Source of the DNA: Minisyncoccota bacterium
GTDB lineage: Bacteria > Patescibacteriota > Microgenomatia > PFEM01 > JAFGMK01
Direction of reading: 5' to 3'
Assembly: GCA_016927565.1 (NCBI GenBank)
Contig: JAFGMK010000013.1
Span: 8,796-72,795 of the forward strand
DNA: 64,000 nucleotides
A model generated the notes under the pieces. It worked only from the letters and a program-made list of their open reading frames with translations, had not been told where the DNA came from and did no database searches. The position numbers and the translations under genes are program-made. Below are positions 1-10,096 of this stretch, piece by piece (the first letter of the stretch is position 1; the number at the start of each line of letters is the position of its first letter).

Positions 1-13
1 TAAAGTTTTAGAG

Positions 14-361
14 ATGCGCTATTTTAAAACTTACTTGCGGAAAACTTCCTGGATCGAACAAACTATGAGGGGCGAGGAGGTTTTATTAAAAGGGCGATTA
101 AAAAAAGTCGCTGGCGGTTATGTTTTAACTAGGGATCTTTATTGGCAGGGCGAGATGGTTTCTTCGCCTTTTCTGGCGAGTCTTTTCTTTGGTAAGTTTA
201 TTCTTGATAAACGGGGGGCGGCGGCAGCAGAGATTAAAGAATTCAGGAAGAGGCTGATTAAAAAATATAATCAAACAGAGCTTGAAAGTCTTTTTGCCTT
301 TGATCTTAAAAAAAGCCGGCCTGGTTTGCTGGGGAAAATCAAAAGGACAATTCTCAGTTGA
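14..361 (+). CDS. hypothetical protein; reading frame is open to the window start, so possibly the 3' part of a longer gene
   Basis: 115-aa ORF with no recognisable motif. The frame stays open upstream of the ATG at 14 back to position 2. Confidence 0.3.
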   Translation: MRYFKTYLRKTSWIEQTMRGEEVLLKGRLKKVAGGYVLTRDLYWQGEMVSSPFLASLFFGKFILDKRGAAAAEIKEFRKRLIKKYNQTELESLFAFDLKKSRPGLLGKIKRTILS

Positions 362-392
362 TTTTCAGCTTTGGCGTGTATTCTTTTTTTAA

Positions 393-1067
393 ATGAAAGT
401 TTTAATAATTGAAGACGAGCACAAAATTGCTAACGCGATCAAAAAAGGATTGGAACAAGAATCCTTTTCGGTTGACGTTGCTTTTGATGGAGAACTGGGT
501 TTTGATTTAGCGTCCAGTGAAGATTATGACGCAATCGTGCTCGATCTGATGTTGCCGAAACTTAACGGATTGGAACTTTGCCGGAGATTGCGTCAGGAAG
601 AGAATGTTCACACGCCGATTTTGATGTTGACGGCCAAGGGTCAGCTTGAAGATCGGGTTAACGGCCTGAATGCCGGAGCCGACGATTATTTGGCTAAACC
701 GTTTGCTTTTACCGAACTTCTGGCCAGAATCAGAGCTTTGAGCCGGAGACCAAAACAGTTGCTGAACGATGTTCTGGTTTGCCGGAATTTGACTTGCAAT
801 ACCCGCGATTTTGAAGTCAGAAGGGCAGGGAAAAAAATTAACCTCAGCAAAAAAGAATTTGCCCTGCTGGAATACTTTTTAAGATATCAGGGGAAGGTTC
901 TGACAAAGAATCAGATTATTAATGCTGTCTGGAATTATGATTCGGATATTTTACCGAATACGGTTGAGGTTTATGTCGGTTATTTAAGGAATAAAATTGA
1001 TCGGCCATTTAAAAATAAGGAGCCGCTGATTCAGACGGTTAGGGGATTTGGATATAAGATGGGATAG
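393..1067 (+). CDS. two-component response regulator, OmpR/PhoB family (receiver plus winged-helix)
   Basis: Receiver motifs LIIEDE, DAIVLDLMLP and LMLTAKG. The C-terminal half is winged-helix-like. It lies immediately upstream of a histidine kinase. Confidence 0.9.
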   Translation: MKVLIIEDEHKIANAIKKGLEQESFSVDVAFDGELGFDLASSEDYDAIVLDLMLPKLNGLELCRRLRQEENVHTPILMLTAKGQLEDRVNGLNAGADDYLAKPFAFTELLARIRALSRRPKQLLNDVLVCRNLTCNTRDFEVRRAGKKINLSKKEFALLEYFLRYQGKVLTKNQIINAVWNYDSDILPNTVEVYVGYLRNKIDRPFKNKEPLIQTVRGFGYKMG

Positions 1068-1115
1068 TTTAAAATAACGATCCCGGAGCGAATAATATCA
1101 GCTTGAGGGAGAATA

Positions 1116-2168
1116 ATGTTTCATTCAGCACGAATTAAACTGACCGGCTGGTATTTGTTAATTATTATGCTGATCAGTCTTTTTTTCAGCCTGGTGATTT
1201 ATGTGGGGATGAGCCGGGAATTAACTCGCGGCTTTCACCGGGCGGAACTAAGACTCAAGGCTCGAGAACTGGGGATTCATTTGCCGCTCCGGTTTTCCGA
1301 TCGTTTTGAAGAGTTGCCGCCGGTATTAAGAGAACTTGGGCCGCGTTTTTTGTTTCCTGAAGATCTTCGGGCCGCTCAAAAAAGGGTCGGGCTGAATTTA
1401 TTATTTATTAATGGGTTGATTTTGATTATTTCCACCGGCGTCGGCTATTTTTTGGCCGGGAGAACTCTTGAGCCAATCCAAAAGGTGATGGTTGAACAAA
1501 AGCGGTTTGTGGCTGATGCCAGCCATGAATTTAAAACCCCGCTAACAGCTCTCGGGGCTTCAATGGAAGTGGCTTTAAGGGATAAAAAATTATCTTTAGC
1601 TGGAGCAAAATCGGTTATCAGGAGCGGTTTGGACGATGTTGAGAGCTTGAATTCTTTATGCAACAATCTGCTGAGCTTGGCCAGTCTTCAGGCGAATGGC
1701 AAAAATTTCGTTTTTCAGGAAGTTGATGTTACCCGGGTAGTAAGGGAGGCCGGCAAAAAGATTTTTCCCTTGGCGGAGAAAAAAAATATCAGGGTTGTTT
1801 TGAAGCTCGTTGATCAAAAAATAAAAGCCCACCCGGAAACGCTGAAGGAAATGATAGTGATTTTTCTTGACAATGCGGTTAAATATACGCCCAAAAAAGG
1901 GAAAATTACAATTAAAACCGGAAGGAGTAAGAAGCTCTTAACTCTGGAAATTAGCGATACCGGCAGAGGAATCCCGGAGAAGGACCTGCCTTTTATCTTT
2001 GATCGTTTTTATCGGGCGGACCAGTCGCGTTCCAAAGAAAATGTATCCGGTTTTGGTTTGGGACTCTCCCTGGCTAAGAAAATTATTGAAATTCATCAGG
2101 GCTCAGTTGAAGTTAAGAGCCGGGTAGGCAGAGGGACAACTTTTACGGTTAAATTGCCGGCGGGTTAG
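1116..2168 (+). CDS. sensor histidine kinase (N-terminal TMs, HisKA, HATPase_c)
   Basis: H-box ASHEFKTPLTAL, G-boxes DTGRGIP and GFGLGLSLAKKIIE, and N-terminal TM helices. Paired with the upstream response regulator. Confidence 0.9.
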   Translation: MFHSARIKLTGWYLLIIMLISLFFSLVIYVGMSRELTRGFHRAELRLKARELGIHLPLRFSDRFEELPPVLRELGPRFLFPEDLRAAQKRVGLNLLFINGLILIISTGVGYFLAGRTLEPIQKVMVEQKRFVADASHEFKTPLTALGASMEVALRDKKLSLAGAKSVIRSGLDDVESLNSLCNNLLSLASLQANGKNFVFQEVDVTRVVREAGKKIFPLAEKKNIRVVLKLVDQKIKAHPETLKEMIVIFLDNAVKYTPKKGKITIKTGRSKKLLTLEISDTGRGIPEKDLPFIFDRFYRADQSRSKENVSGFGLGLSLAKKIIEIHQGSVEVKSRVGRGTTFTVKLPAG

Positions 2169-2252
2169 GTTTAAAGAGAGAATTTTCCTGTTTGGGCTTT
2201 TTTAACTGCTGGTTGGAGAATGCTGCCAATTTGGCAATCCGATGCTTCTCCG

Positions 2253-2290
2253 ATCCCGGATCGAAAGATTAAGACGATCCGGGATCGTTA
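2253..2290. terminator. 12-bp-stem hairpin (gatcccggatcg / cgatccgggatc) between convergent genes
   Basis: A perfect inverted repeat lies between the kinase stop and the stop of the minus-strand 141-aa gene. Confidence 0.5.
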
Positions 2291-2332
2291 TCTGTTCTTG
2301 TCAATATATGTTAAGAGATCGATTGCCGGCCT

Positions 2333-2758
2333 TTAGTTATTATCCGCTTCTCTTCTCCTCATAAAATCAGTTCCGATCTGGATGTTTTGGGCGGTCAGAC
2401 TGCCATCAGGGTTAGTTTGGCCGGTAATGAATACTTCTGTTTCCTCGGCAAGATCGTCAGTGGAGCCGGTTTCTGATTTGCTAATAGTGGTGGAATCAGC
2501 CAGGATGATAATCTTGCTGCTGTTATCCGGTAACTGAACGGTCAGGCTTGATTCGTCGGTGTGTAAGATCTTGCCCCTAACGATGCTTGGGCTATTCGGG
2601 TTTCCGTTTCTTTGCTCCCCAAATCGAGTTCTTATTTGATCAGAATTGGCGGGTCGACTTGGGGCTTTGGCACCTTGATACTTTGTGCCGGCGTAAAAAG
2701 AGGCGCTGCCAACGATAACCGCGGTTAAGATAATGGGAATAACAAGGTTGTTTTTCAT
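2333..2758 (-). CDS. secreted or membrane-anchored Ser/Thr-rich protein, last gene of the efflux operon
   Basis: N-terminal hydrophobic segment MKNNLVIPIILTAVIVGSASFYAG. Co-directional with the ABC efflux genes. Confidence 0.5.
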   Translation of the reverse strand: MKNNLVIPIILTAVIVGSASFYAGTKYQGAKAPSRPANSDQIRTRFGEQRNGNPNSPSIVRGKILHTDESSLTVQLPDNSSKIIILADSTTISKSETGSTDDLAEETEVFITGQTNPDGSLTAQNIQIGTDFMRRREADNN

Positions 2759-2807
2759 ATGAGGTTCCTTTCTTTATTTTGTTAATTCATTGTAATGTCT
2801 TAATTTT

Positions 2808-4040
2808 TTATTCATATCTTAGGGCTTCGATGGGTTCTAATTTGGCTGCTTTTTGGGCCGGGTACCAGCCGAATAAAATTCCCACTCCGGCTGAAACAGC
2901 AAAGGCTAAGAGGATTGATTTTAAAGAGAGGGTAAAAGGCAAGCTCATGTAGGTTGAAAGGAGATAGGAAATGCCAATTCCTATTGCCGCTCCGATTATT
3001 CCGCCAAGAAAAGTAATCATCACTGCTTCGGTTAGAAACTGGGCGGTAATGATCTTCCTTTTGGCTCCCAGAGCTTTCCTCAGGCCGATTTCCCGGGTTC
3101 TCTCAGTGACAGTTACGAGCATTATGTTCATAATGCCAATGCCGCCGACAACCAGCGAGATGGCGGCAATGCCGGTCAGAAGAGTGGTAAAGGTATCGGT
3201 TACCGAGGTGACGGTGGAAAGAATGTCCTCTTGGGAAAAAATCCGGAAATCAGCCTGCTCGGGGTTACTTATTTTGTGGCGGGCTAAAAGAAGCCGGGCA
3301 ATTTCTTCTTGAGCTTGAGTCATTACTTTTTCGTTAATGGCGCTGATTGAAATTGAGGAAACATAATCGACACCAAAGAGAAGCTTTTGGGCTGTTGTTA
3401 GGGGAATCAAGACCAGATCGTCTTGGTTCATGAAGCCGCTGCCGCCTTTGGACTGGAGAACGCCGATGATGTTAAACACCTGATCGTTGAGTCTGATCGT
3501 CCGGCCGATCGGATTAACATTTTCACCGAATAGATCGGTGACGGTTTCCGGTCCTAAAACGGCGACTTTGCTCAGAGAGCTGACCTGGAGGCCGGTGATA
3601 AAACTGCCGCTGGAAATGGCCAGATTTCTGATATCGGCATAATCCGGCAGAACACCGGTAACGTTGGTGTTGGTATTATTTTTTCCGGCGACTATTTGAG
3701 CCCGGGATGAAAATTCAGCGGAGATTTTGCTAAGGGTTGTAATTTGGGGTGAATTGGCAATTGCCTGAGCATCCTCGTAAGTCAGGGTTTGAACACTGCC
3801 GCCCCTGATACCCCCGGAAATTTGCGAGCCGGGGGAAATAGTTAATAAGTTTGAACCTAAAGATTGAATACTGCTGGTAATTGATTGCTGGGAGGCTTGG
3901 CCTAAAGACATTAGAGCAATGACACTGCCGATGCCAATGACGACACCTAACATGGCCAGACCGGTGCGAACCTTGTTGAGGGTGAGGGTGAGTAGGCTTT
4001 CAGTGATTAATTCTTGGTAATCCATGTTTAAAAATTTCAA
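2808..4040 (-). CDS. ABC transporter permease, MacB/FtsX family
   Basis: N-terminal TM helix, a large periplasmic domain and three C-terminal TMs. The order is typical of MacB, adjacent to an ATPase and an adaptor. Confidence 0.85.
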   Translation of the reverse strand: MKFLNMDYQELITESLLTLTLNKVRTGLAMLGVVIGIGSVIALMSLGQASQQSITSSIQSLGSNLLTISPGSQISGGIRGGSVQTLTYEDAQAIANSPQITTLSKISAEFSSRAQIVAGKNNTNTNVTGVLPDYADIRNLAISSGSFITGLQVSSLSKVAVLGPETVTDLFGENVNPIGRTIRLNDQVFNIIGVLQSKGGSGFMNQDDLVLIPLTTAQKLLFGVDYVSSISISAINEKVMTQAQEEIARLLLARHKISNPEQADFRIFSQEDILSTVTSVTDTFTTLLTGIAAISLVVGGIGIMNIMLVTVTERTREIGLRKALGAKRKIITAQFLTEAVMITFLGGIIGAAIGIGISYLLSTYMSLPFTLSLKSILLAFAVSAGVGILFGWYPAQKAAKLEPIEALRYE

Positions 4041-4065
4041 TATGACGATCCGGGACAGGATCTTT

Positions 4066-4788
4066 CTATAGGGCTATTTTTGTTAAATTTCTCCGTTTTT
4101 TGTTGGGTTTGTCTTTTTCCAAATGGCCGTCGCGGAGAAAAATTATCCTTTTGGTGCACTCTGCAATCTCGTTTTCGTGGGTAATTACCACAATTGTTCG
4201 GCCTTTTCGGTTCAGCTGATCGAGAATTTTCATAATTTCTATTGCTTGTTTGCTGGCAATATTGCCGGTAGGTTCGTCAGCGAGAATTATGCTGGGATTC
4301 ATGGAAAGGGCCCTGGCAATCGCCACCCGTTGTTGCTGGCCGCCGGAAAGCTGGCCCGGGGTATGTTCGAGCCGGTTTTGCAAACCAACCATTGCCAAAT
4401 AACTCCGGGCTTTTCTGGCCCGGTCTTCTTTGGCAATCCCGCCGTACATCATCGGAATCATGACATTTTTTAAAGCGCTGGTTCGGGGAAGAAGATTGTA
4501 GAATTGGAAAACAAAGCCGATCTTTTGATTCCTGATTTCCGCCAGCTCGTCTTCATTCAGCTTTTCCACATTTTTGCCTTCCAGCAGATATTGGCCGGAA
4601 GTGGGCTTATCGAGGGCGCCGATAATATGCATCAGAGTTGATTTGCCCGAGCCTGAGGGGCCCATGATGGCGACAAATTCACCCCGATTAATCTTAAAAG
4701 AGACATTATCAAGGGCTCTGACTTGAATTTCTCCGGTTTGGTAAACTTTGGCGATGTTCTGGATTTTGATCAGGGGTTGAGGAGTCAT
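4066..4788 (-). CDS. ABC transporter ATP-binding protein (MacB/LolD-like)
   Basis: Walker [13 protein letters not shown] signature [15 protein letters not shown] and Walker B ILADEPTG. Confidence 0.9.
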   Translation of the reverse strand: MTPQPLIKIQNIAKVYQTGEIQVRALDNVSFKINRGEFVAIMGPSGSGKSTLMHIIGALDKPTSGQYLLEGKNVEKLNEDELAEIRNQKIGFVFQFYNLLPRTSALKNVMIPMMYGGIAKEDRARKARSYLAMVGLQNRLEHTPGQLSGGQQQRVAIARALSMNPSIILADEPTGNIASKQAIEIMKILDQLNRKGRTIVVITHENEIAECTKRIIFLRDGHLEKDKPNKKRRNLTKIAL

Positions 4789-4800
4789 AATTTTTCCCTC

Positions 4801-6033
4801 TTAGCGCATCATCATTCTCCCGCTGCCCCCGCCAGCGGCGGGGCCAAACGGCAAGACGCCATTGCTCCTGTTTTGAGCGGATTGATTGGGGACGGAAATT
4901 GTACCGGTAATTACCACTTCGCCTTCACTCAGACCGGAAATAATTTCGGTTTCGATGTCGCTGGAAATGCCGACCTCAACAGTCTGGTTTGTCTTCTGAC
5001 CGTCTTTTAAAATTACCACTGCTGCGGTTTCTCCTTGATAATTGATAGCGGTTGAAGGAACGATTAAAATATCGCTTTTTGTTTGGACAATGATACTGGC
5101 GGTTGCCGCCATGTTGGGTAATATTTGGCCGGTGCTGGTATCGAATTGAATGATGACCGGATAATTAGTGACATTGCTGGTGATTGTTCCCACCCGGTCG
5201 ACACTGACAACTTTGCCGGTAAAAGTTTTGCCGCTGACTGAGTCAAGAGTGATAGTGGTTTTTTGCCCGGGTTTAATTTGAGAAACATCAATTTCCGAAA
5301 CATTAAAAGTGGCGATTGGCAGGCCGCCGGTACTGATTGTGGCTACTCTTTGATTTGCCCGGGCGCCGCTGGCGGTTTCGCTGGCGCCGATATTCATTCC
5401 TTCGGCAATAGTAACGCTTTTGACGATCCCGGCAACGGGAGAGGTAATGACCGGAGCGGTGGTTTTATAAGCCAGAGCTGTTGAGTTTAATTTGGCCTCG
5501 GCATTTTTAATAGCGTCGTAAGCGTTATCGTGGGCGACTTCGGCCCGGGTGCGTTGTTCTTTCATTTCCAGGGTTTCATCGCTGTCATGGCCTTTGATTT
5601 CATCATAAACAACTTCGAGCGAAGCCCTGGCCGAGCGATAGTTATTATTAGCCGAGTTAAGCGAGTTTTGAGCGCTAAGATAATTGGAATAGGCCGAAGC
5701 GTAATTCTGTTTACCCTGAACGTCAAGATTAATTTCAACTAACTTTTGACCGGCGGAAACTTCATCGCCGTCACTGACATAAACCCGGCTGACGGTGCCG
5801 CTGGCTTGAGTAGTGATGTTTTCAATGTTTGAGGAAATGATTTTACCGGAAGCCGTAATCGAAGAAACAATCGTTCCGCGTTTTGCCGTTGCGGTTTGAT
5901 TGATTATCTGGGGCTTGTCATTTTTTGACCTCTGTCGGAAAAAAATAACTCCGGCAAGAACGACAATAATGGCCAGAAAAATCCGGGTCTTTGACTTGAA
6001 ATTTTTTTTGAGTGGATTAAGAATCTTTTTCAT
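4801..6033 (-). CDS. efflux periplasmic adaptor subunit (HlyD/MacA family)
   Basis: N-terminal TM, a coiled-coil-rich middle and a beta-barrel-like C-terminus. First gene of the ABC efflux operon. Confidence 0.75.
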   Translation of the reverse strand: MKKILNPLKKNFKSKTRIFLAIIVVLAGVIFFRQRSKNDKPQIINQTATAKRGTIVSSITASGKIISSNIENITTQASGTVSRVYVSDGDEVSAGQKLVEINLDVQGKQNYASAYSNYLSAQNSLNSANNNYRSARASLEVVYDEIKGHDSDETLEMKEQRTRAEVAHDNAYDAIKNAEAKLNSTALAYKTTAPVITSPVAGIVKSVTIAEGMNIGASETASGARANQRVATISTGGLPIATFNVSEIDVSQIKPGQKTTITLDSVSGKTFTGKVVSVDRVGTITSNVTNYPVIIQFDTSTGQILPNMAATASIIVQTKSDILIVPSTAINYQGETAAVVILKDGQKTNQTVEVGISSDIETEIISGLSEGEVVITGTISVPNQSAQNRSNGVLPFGPAAGGGSGRMMMR

Positions 6034-6182
6034 AATTGATATTCTATAAAAGAAAGTTTACAAAAACAAACTGAGAAAAAGCTGAAATATCGCCCGGTAA
6101 AAAGATAAACGATAATCTGATCAAACTGTTCCCGCCGGGAAAGCAATCACCAATATAAAATGATAAAATTTCCCAGACCGCC

Positions 6183-6215
6183 TGAATACTGGTTGGAGGC
6201 GGCTTTTTTGGATAA
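6183..6215 (+). terminator. Rho-independent terminator-like hairpin plus T-run
   Basis: ccgcct...aggcgg stem followed by cttttttgg. Confidence 0.4.
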
Positions 6216-6790
6216 TAAATGTCAGTTTGGTGGTTGATTTTCCTGAAGCAAGAATAGTTTTAGCTGAGAGGAGGGGAATGAGGCGGCTTGTCCATGACAA
6301 TCGAGCTGAGATGGTCGTTTTGATTACTTTAAAAGACTTGGCCTGGAGACATCGGCAATGGTGCCTTATTGTGTTTTTCTGGGCGGAAGCTTTGTCCGAG
6401 TCGAAGGAGACAGGGCTTAGCGATCTTGACGACACTTTTTGTGTTAAAAAGCCTTTTAAACATTCCCGTTTCTTTTTTAAATAGTCAGCCTAAAGGGAGC
6501 GGAAAAGAACCAGAGTCATATTTATGCGGCCAGAGCTCTAGGTTGGCAGGCCCTCCTTGTTGACAAAAGTCTAGAAAAATTATGCTTAATAGAATAAAAT
6601 AATTCTGAGTATGGTAAATTCAGAACTTGAGTATAATCTGGCTGGTGGTTTACTCCTTACAATTCGAGAAGGAGATTTCCGTCGGTTACAAGAAGGTTTA
6701 ATTTAGGCGGGCTTTAACTATGGTTGTCTTCTTCCTTTTCGAGCCTTAACAGAGGGAGGGGTTGAGAAATTAAGAAATTTTCCTTTACAG

Positions 6791-7339
6791 GTGGTTCACT
6801 TTGAGGAGGCATGGAATCCAACAAGTCAAGATAATTTGGGAAGAGCGGTTTTGGCGGGTCTAATTGGTTACTGGAGAAGGTTTCATGGAGACAAAACTGA
6901 ACCTCCAATTCTTCAGGACTCCTTTTTTCCTAGTAAGGCTACCTGTCAGGGGCTTTTTAGAGAAATTGCTGAAGCTTTTCCCGAGGCAAAATATATTTCT
7001 CACAAGATCCAGACAAAATTTCCTGCCGACAGGCTTTTAGTAGAAATAAACCCGGGGATAAATCTTTCAGATAAAGAAATTTTAGATATGACTGAGGAGA
7101 GGGGAATTGGTTTGGTATTTGACCCCAGTCATCTTCTTGCTTCTGAGAGGATGGTAAGTCGTCCCGGCTTGCCGACTAGACAGCCAAAAGGAGAATGGGA
7201 GAGGCAATTTCAGGTTTTTTCGTCAAGACTAGAGGTTGTTGATATTAATCCCGGCGATCAAAAAGGTGATGTTGGTGATTTATTGGCGGGAAGAGGAATG
7301 TTAAAAGAATTAGCTTCGGCGGCAGCAGATGCGGGGTAA
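6791..7339 (+). CDS. hypothetical ORF in a low-coding, higher-GC stretch; possibly not a real gene
   Basis: 182-aa ORF with no recognisable motifs. It sits in a 1.3 kb region otherwise lacking long ORFs. Confidence 0.2.
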   Translation: MVHFEEAWNPTSQDNLGRAVLAGLIGYWRRFHGDKTEPPILQDSFFPSKATCQGLFREIAEAFPEAKYISHKIQTKFPADRLLVEINPGINLSDKEILDMTEERGIGLVFDPSHLLASERMVSRPGLPTRQPKGEWERQFQVFSSRLEVVDINPGDQKGDVGDLLAGRGMLKELASAAADAG

Positions 7340-7644
7340 ATTTTTTAAGAGTAGAGATTCCTATCCCTCCGATCCGACAAATACCAGGTTCTCCTTTACA
7401 AGGGAAAGGTTTTGAGTTTTTAAGGGAAATTGGAAATGCTCTTAAGGCTTAGCTGGGTTTAAGTGAATACCCCTCCTATGAAAGCATCATGTCAAGGGTA
7501 ATAGATGAGTCTTTTTCAGGGTTTTGCCAACCAGCCTCCTATTGCTGGCCAGCTAAACTGCCATACTTTATCTTATCGCGGTCGGGTCAGGGGCGTTCTA
7601 TCCTTCCGGAACAGCTCCGTCAATTATTGTATGATTTCACCTTC

Positions 7645-7687
7645 AAGACAAGTTATAATGGGCATTAGTTTATGAAAAAAGACAGTC
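7645..7687 (+). repeat. copy 1 of a duplicated ~43-bp promoter/leader repeat (AAGAyAAGTTATAATGGGCATTAGTTTATGAAAAAA...)
   Basis: About 40/43 identical to 10097-10139. Contains a TATAAT -10 box 13 bp before an ATG. Here the ATG opens only a 32-codon ORF ahead of the CYTH gene. Confidence 0.7.
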
Positions 7688-7782
7688 ACCTTTTGGCAAA
7701 GAATCCCGCTTTAAAATTACACCAAGTTAATCAGGATTATTTTATAAAGGCGATTAAAAATACTAATTAGGAGACACAGAGA

Positions 7783-8322
7783 ATGGACAAAGACTATTTC
7801 GAGGACGAGGTAAAGGTTCTGGATGTTTCGCCAGAACATCTAAAGAGGGTCTTTGCTAAAATCAAGGCTAAAAAGGTCTTTGATGACAAAAGACTATTTA
7901 CCTCCTTTGATTATCCCAATTTAAAACTTACAAAAAATGGTAAAGGAGTTAGGCTAACAGAAGAAGGAAAATTAAAACTAAGCTTCACTACCAAATTATC
8001 AACCAAATCGAAAGAGACAATTAAGCTTTTTGTTAGTCGGAAAAAAGAAGCGGTTGATTTTTTAGATAGACTAGGCCTAAAGCCGATTGCTGAATGCCCC
8101 TCACATCGAATATCTTGGGAATGGAAGGGGGTAGACTTTGACCTTGATCAATTTCCCCAAATTCCACCTTTTTTGGAAATTGATCCGGGTGATTCGGGGA
8201 TTGCTTTGAAAAAGATCCTAGAACTTCTTGATCTGGGGAATAGAGAAGTTGTTACTCTTAGTACTCGGGAGGTTTATACTAAATACGGCAAAGATTATTT
8301 AAAGCTGTTTGCTATTAAATAA
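7783..8322 (+). CDS. CYTH-domain protein (triphosphate tunnel metalloenzyme / class IV adenylyl-cyclase-like)
   Basis: N-terminal EVKVLDV acidic strand, later RLTEEGKLKLSFTTK and LEID segments, and length about 180 aa, typical of CYTH. Confidence 0.45.
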   Translation: MDKDYFEDEVKVLDVSPEHLKRVFAKIKAKKVFDDKRLFTSFDYPNLKLTKNGKGVRLTEEGKLKLSFTTKLSTKSKETIKLFVSRKKEAVDFLDRLGLKPIAECPSHRISWEWKGVDFDLDQFPQIPPFLEIDPGDSGIALKKILELLDLGNREVVTLSTREVYTKYGKDYLKLFAIK

Positions 8323-8356
8323 AGATTAAAATTGCTACTGTGATAAAATTTTCCTG

Positions 8357-8746
8357 ATGAGAGACAATAAACTTACGATAAAGATTAATAAACCTTCAGA
8401 TATAGTTTTTGCTTACTACACAAATCCGAAAAACACTCCTCTCTGGTGGGATGCGGTCACCGTTGAAGAAACAAGTGATTGGCCAATAAAAATTGGGACG
8501 ATATATAAAAGTAAAAGTAAAGAAAGTGGCAACTGGAGCGAATTTACGGTCACTGATCTTAAGGAAAACGAAGTCTTTGAACTGACCTCAAAAGACGGCA
8601 AATATCATGTCCGCTACACCCATAAGCCAATCGATAAAAATTCCATGGAGCTTGAGTATTATGAATGGGTTGACGAAGGAGAGCTGGAAGAGCCCTTTAC
8701 GATGGAAATCTTGAGTCTACTAAAAGCAGCTATAGAAAAACTTTAA
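8357..8746 (+). CDS. SRPBCC (Bet v1/AHSA1-like) small ligand-binding protein
   Basis: About 130 aa with the IVFAYYTNPKNTPLWW N-terminus typical of AHSA1/CalC-like SRPBCC proteins. Confidence 0.35.
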   Translation: MRDNKLTIKINKPSDIVFAYYTNPKNTPLWWDAVTVEETSDWPIKIGTIYKSKSKESGNWSEFTVTDLKENEVFELTSKDGKYHVRYTHKPIDKNSMELEYYEWVDEGELEEPFTMEILSLLKAAIEKL

Positions 8747-8755
8747 ATAAAAATA

Positions 8756-9735
8756 ATGAAACCTAACAAACACCCTTTCCAAAAGCGAATAAGTTTTAAG
8801 GGCCAGCTTTCAGTATTGCTAAAAGAAATAGTTAGTGACTATCACTTTGGTAGTTACTTGAGTCATAAGGTCATTGGGGTGGGATACGAAGACTTTAATG
8901 TTATTGTCAAGACAAGTAAAGGTAAGTATTTCTTCAAGTTTTTTGCCGACTTTAGAAGTGAGATTGATTGCCAGCGCTATGTTGAGATCATGTTGGCAGC
9001 GGTTACTGGGGGAGTAAGCCATCCGAAGTTATACGAGTCTATAACCAGGGTTACTTTCACAAAATCAAAACTGAGGATGGCCTGGTCAGGCTGGTGGCTC
9101 TTGAGTATATCGACGGCAAGAGTTTTTTTGATCTCAAACAAAAACCAACTGCCAAGGAGAGGGACTTTCTGGTCAGGCAGGCAGCTTTGATTAACGGTCT
9201 TCAGATTAGACCTAAACTTTTTTATGACTACTGGGCGGTAGTTAATTTCTTAAAAGAATATCAAGAAGTTAAAAAACATCTTGAAAAAAAGGATATAAAA
9301 CTAATTGATCCTCTGGCCGAAAAGTTCAAGCAGGTAGATGTCAAAAGTCTGCCTCGTTGTCTTGTCCATGGCGACATCATTGAAACTAATGTTATCCGTA
9401 GCCAAAAAGGAAGATTGTATATTTTTGATTTTTCTGTTGCCAATATCTATCCCCGAATTCAGGAACTGGCGGTTATGCTCTGTGATATTCTTTTTGTCCC
9501 GGAAAGAGGAAAGTTCCAGGCAATTTACCAAAGAACCCTTGATGTCTACCAAAAGGAGATCAAGCTTGAAAAAGCTGAGATTGAGGCGCTGCCTCTTCTT
9601 GTCCGGGCGGCTCATGCGATGCATATTATTGGTTCGGTAAAATATGCTCTTGAAGAGGGGGATTTTGAAGAAAATAAACATTGGATAAAGATGGGGAGGG
9701 AGGGTTTGGCTTTTACTAGAAAGTTTCGGGGATAA
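8756..9735 (+). pseudogene. aminoglycoside/small-molecule phosphotransferase (APH/ChoK fold) split by a single frameshift near 9040-9100
   Basis: Two overlapping ORFs in different frames (8756-9190 and 9094-9735). The first carries a nucleotide-binding loop region. The second carries the Brenner motif HGDIIETN and the IFDFS metal-binding Asp. Reading across gives ...KLYES / NQGYFHKIKTEDGLVRLVALEYIDG. Confidence 0.6.
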
Positions 9736-10096
9736 ATTTAACTGTTACAACATAAAGGGGACAGCTCTCTTTTAGGTAGGGTATTCGTAGAAACTTCATC
9801 CGGAATGCAAGATGGGACTCCACACAGGAGAGACATTCGTCCATGTTATAATTTCTTCATTATGTCATCATTCCAGGTGGGGACGGTCAGAGCGGGACTC
9901 CAACTTTAGCCTCAAACAATCAGTCAGAGCGAGAATCAACATTTCCAAAGAGTAGGGTGATTCCTTTTCAATTTGCGGTCAAAATGCCTCCGCCAAGGTA
10001 CTATCCGATGATTTTGAAAAGAGATAAGCTAGGGAGGATTGTAAAGGCAAAATTTCCTCCAGCGGCTTTTTAGCTCCTAAGGGCCAAAAAACTCTA

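Noticed and set aside
2971-3312. Many short ORFs in the track that lie antisense to or inside long, well-supported genes. Examples are 2971-3312, 4123-4473, 24170-24427, 46160-46498, 49951-50172, 54832-55053 and 60426-60847.
   Set aside because: They sit entirely within confident CDS on the opposite strand or in another frame. They have no RBS, motifs or plausible composition, so they are treated as spurious.
6121-6563. Three overlapping small ORFs in the track (6121-6435 minus strand, 6227-6484 and 6369-6563 plus strand).
   Set aside because: They overlap each other on both strands with no motifs. The region is better described as non-coding spacer with a terminator-like hairpin.
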